Below are positions 62,229-64,000 of a DNA stretch of 64,000 nucleotides, piece after piece. The first letter of the stretch is position 1, and every line of letters starts with the position of its first letter. The stretch comes from Octopus sinensis (Eukaryota). A program made the position numbers and the translations under genes. The notes under the pieces are model-generated. The model did not search any database. It worked only from the letters and a program-made list of their open reading frames with translations, and was not told where the DNA came from. The stretch is from the NCBI RefSeq assembly GCF_006345805.1, contig NC_042998.1, positions 146,878,001 through 146,942,000 of the forward strand, written 5' to 3'.

Positions 62229-62366
62229 ATCAAACTTCAATTATCCGCGCGACACCCCAAGGTCGTAACTTCAACCGTGCTTTTTCTGTTGTGATTTTTG
62301 CTACCCAGGTATCGGTTAAATTTTGAATAATCCTTAACAAGATAATTCATTTATCCATTTCAATAA

Positions 62367-62424
<58 letters not shown>

Positions 62425-62429
<5 letters not shown>

Positions 62430-63278
62430 TTTGATCACTTTGACTGACCAGTCCGTCAGGCGTCCATTTGACACCGCTGATCACAGCACGCTGTCCACTC
62501 CTCTCTGGATCGCGCCTTTCTCATCCACGTGATCCCAATCGTCCTCTTGAAATCGTCACTCCACCGTCGTGGAGGTCTTCCGGGTGGTCTTTTCCGCTCA
62601 CGCAGGTACCACTCGACAACTGCGTGCGTCCACCGATTATCGGTGAGCCGGGCGACGTGTCCAGCCCATCTATACTTGCTACGAGTATACTCTGCGATGA
62701 CATCTCTCACGCCGGACTTCTTTCTGATGATCTTGCTATTTATGTGCTCTCTCAACGAGATACCAATCATTGACCTTTCCATGGCTCTTTGAGCCGTTAT
62801 CAGTCTTTGCTCTTCTCTCTTTGTGGTAGCCCATGTTTCACTACCATATAACATTGCAGGCAGAACTGCACTGTTAATGAGATTGGCGCGGGTGGTCCTG
62901 TCCAACCTTCCCTTGAGCACATCCCTTATGCCATTGAATGCCTTCCATCCGGCCCTTACTCTCTGTGAGATCTCCTTTTTGATATCCCAGCACATATTTA
63001 CTTCCTGTCCTAGGTAGACATATTCTCTCACCTCCTCTATTTCATCACTGCCGATCACCATCCGAACTGTTGGTACGTTGCCTGACCGCATGAACTTTGT
63101 TTTCATGCGGTTCATCTTGAGACCTACTGCAGAACTTTTGAAGTCGAGCTCCGTCAGCATGGTCTGAAGCTGATCCATGTTTTCAGCGATGAGTACGATG
63201 TCGTCAGCGAAACGGAGGTGAGTGAGGAGCTCGCCATTGATGTTGACACCACCTTGCCATTCGATGCCTCTGATGATC
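62425..63278 (-). mobile_element. 5'-truncated RTE-clade LINE (different family from 23.6 kb)
   Basis: GVNINGELLTHLRFADDIVL.., YVYLG, LPAMLYGSETW, RWAGHVAR, RPPGRPPRRW; open frame from ~63280 to 62456. Confidence 0.92.
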
Positions 63279-63280
63279 TA

Positions 63281-63391
63281 TTTATTTGGCAAAAAAAAAA
63301 TGACCGACCCGAAATACAACAAATTTGTCAACACACGGGTTCACATCAAGAATCTTGCAACACAAATTCATAAACACACACACACACACAC

Positions 63392-63426
<35 letters not shown>

Positions 63427-63472
63427 TATACATATATATATATACATATATATATATATGATCATCACATAT

Positions 63473-63538
<66 letters not shown>

Positions 63539-63541
63539 GTA

Positions 63542-63575
<34 letters not shown>

Positions 63576-63800
63576 TGTATGTGTGTGTGTGTGTTTATGA
63601 ATTTGTGTTGCAAGATTCTTGATGTGAACCCGTGTGTTGACAAATTTGTTGTATTTCGGGTCGGTCATTTTTTTTTTCCAAATAAACACATTCACTATAT
63701 ATCTGTTCTTCACTCGTTTATTACTAATGCAGTGAAGAACGATTATATAGTGCGTGTGTTTATTTGGCAAAAAAAAAATGATCATTCCGAAATACAACAA
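63281..63800. repeat. Three alternately oriented copies of a ~120-bp segment (nested palindromes)
   Basis: TTTATTTGGCAAAAAAAAAATGACCGACCCGAAATACAACAA on + at 63281, on - ending 63686, and on + again at ~63759; hairpin 63678-63768. Confidence 0.8.
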
Positions 63801-63802
63801 TG

Positions 63803-63850
<48 letters not shown>

Positions 63851-63867
63851 ACACACACACACACACA

Positions 63868-64000
63868 CGAGATGGATTGGCTGAAAAGTTCATAGGCTAA
63901 GAACCTCTCATGATTTGTAACCAAATGAGGTTTATTTTTCCTCATAGTCCCCCTTGCGGTCCACCTTACTTCCATCAGTGTTGCAGTGTTTGGATTCCAT
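63868..64000 (-). mobile_element. mariner-like transposon 3' end (runs off the window)
   Basis: TIR-like CGAGATGGATTGGCTGAAAAGTTCATAGGCT; reverse strand resembles a mariner C-terminus (GIQTLQH*WK..). Confidence 0.55.

Overview
AT-rich, microsatellite-dense eukaryotic DNA. The SINE families (OK-, OR-, CORE- and Meta-type) and simple repeats are most consistent with an Octopus genome; this is inferred from recalled repeat sequences, not from a database search. I found no host protein-coding gene that I can support. The window is a mosaic of transposable elements. Retroelements: a near-intact RTE LINE (23.6-27.6 kb), a decayed Ty3/Gypsy element with a gag-pol -1 frameshift pseudoknot (36.2-40.3 kb), R4/Dong LINE fragments in (AAT)n tracts, CR1-like and RTE fragments, and many SINEs. 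DNA elements: an internally deleted Helitron plus Tc1, mariner, hAT and piggyBac-like remnants. The main signal is a set of Penelope-like elements (PLEs) and their fold-back terminal repeats, most sitting in (TA)n tracts. One copy is young and essentially complete (51.7-57.4 kb). It has a coiled-coil ORF1 joined to RT/GIY-YIG at a UUUUUUA -1 site, a tandem 3,995-bp repeat and an inverted arm. About 16 hammerhead-ribozyme-like motifs were read by eye. Their cores show three Watson-Crick versions of the 3-8 tertiary pair: C3-G8, U3-A8 and G3-C8. All alignments and folds were done manually. Boundaries of old repeats are approximate.
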